DNA of 64,000 nt, taken from positions 32,178,001-32,242,000 of the forward strand of contig OX638159.1 in assembly GCA_951804945.1 (NCBI GenBank). Reading direction: 5' to 3'. The notes under the pieces were generated by a model. The model was not told the DNA's origin. It made no database searches and saw only the letters and a list, made by a program, of their open reading frames with translations. Source of the DNA: Podarcis cretensis (lineage: Eukaryota). Both the position numbers and the translations under genes were made by a program. Numbering within the stretch: the first letter of the stretch is position 1; each line of letters begins with the position of its first letter. Of this stretch, positions 63,706 to 64,000 are shown one piece after another.

Positions 63706-64000
63706 TTCTTACCTTTGTTCCATAGGCTACATTCCTGCCATGCCCACACATAGAGAGGCAAACAACCTCTTCCATTCAGCTAAGCAAGAGCTCTTACCAC
63801 AGTTTAATAACATAGTTTAGTACCTGAGGAGGGTAGAAGCAGGGCTGGGGTGGGTGGGTTCTGAATGGGTCAAATATATTTCTTGTGTCTGGGGTGCAAA
63901 TGTGACCCAGTGGTTGTCTTTTCTCCTTCTGGGCTAGGGACATGTGTGGCTATGTATTTCCCATCAGAGGTGAAAATGCTTTGAAGTGATGGATTCGGAA

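Overview
Vertebrate non-coding DNA, almost certainly from a squamate and probably a lacertid lizard, judged from a Sauria SINE, BovB, CR1, L2 and RTE LINE fragments and squamate-type hAT, Tc1-pogo and Harbinger MITEs. It has four assembly gaps and no intact gene, rRNA, tRNA gene or CRISPR array. Every ORF I can recognise is a retroelement remnant; the longest is a decayed RTE reverse transcriptase at 55.6-57.4 kb. The window reads as a long intron or intergenic region containing a few unassigned candidate small exons. Highlights: (1) a young Penelope-type insertion forming an 85-bp inverted repeat with a complete minimal type I hammerhead ribozyme core; (2) a Gypsy solo LTR carrying a frameshifted acidic/basic reading frame; (3) a minus-strand AG|GTAAGT site resembling a recursive splice point, whose two donor motifs are each followed by their own complement; (4) a 21-nt microexon candidate overlapping an IR1 nuclear-receptor motif; (5) non-autonomous elements sharing an RTE 3' tail, and several nested insertions. 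Family names come from recalled hallmarks, not database searches. I found no convincing evidence of a wholly new multi-gene system.
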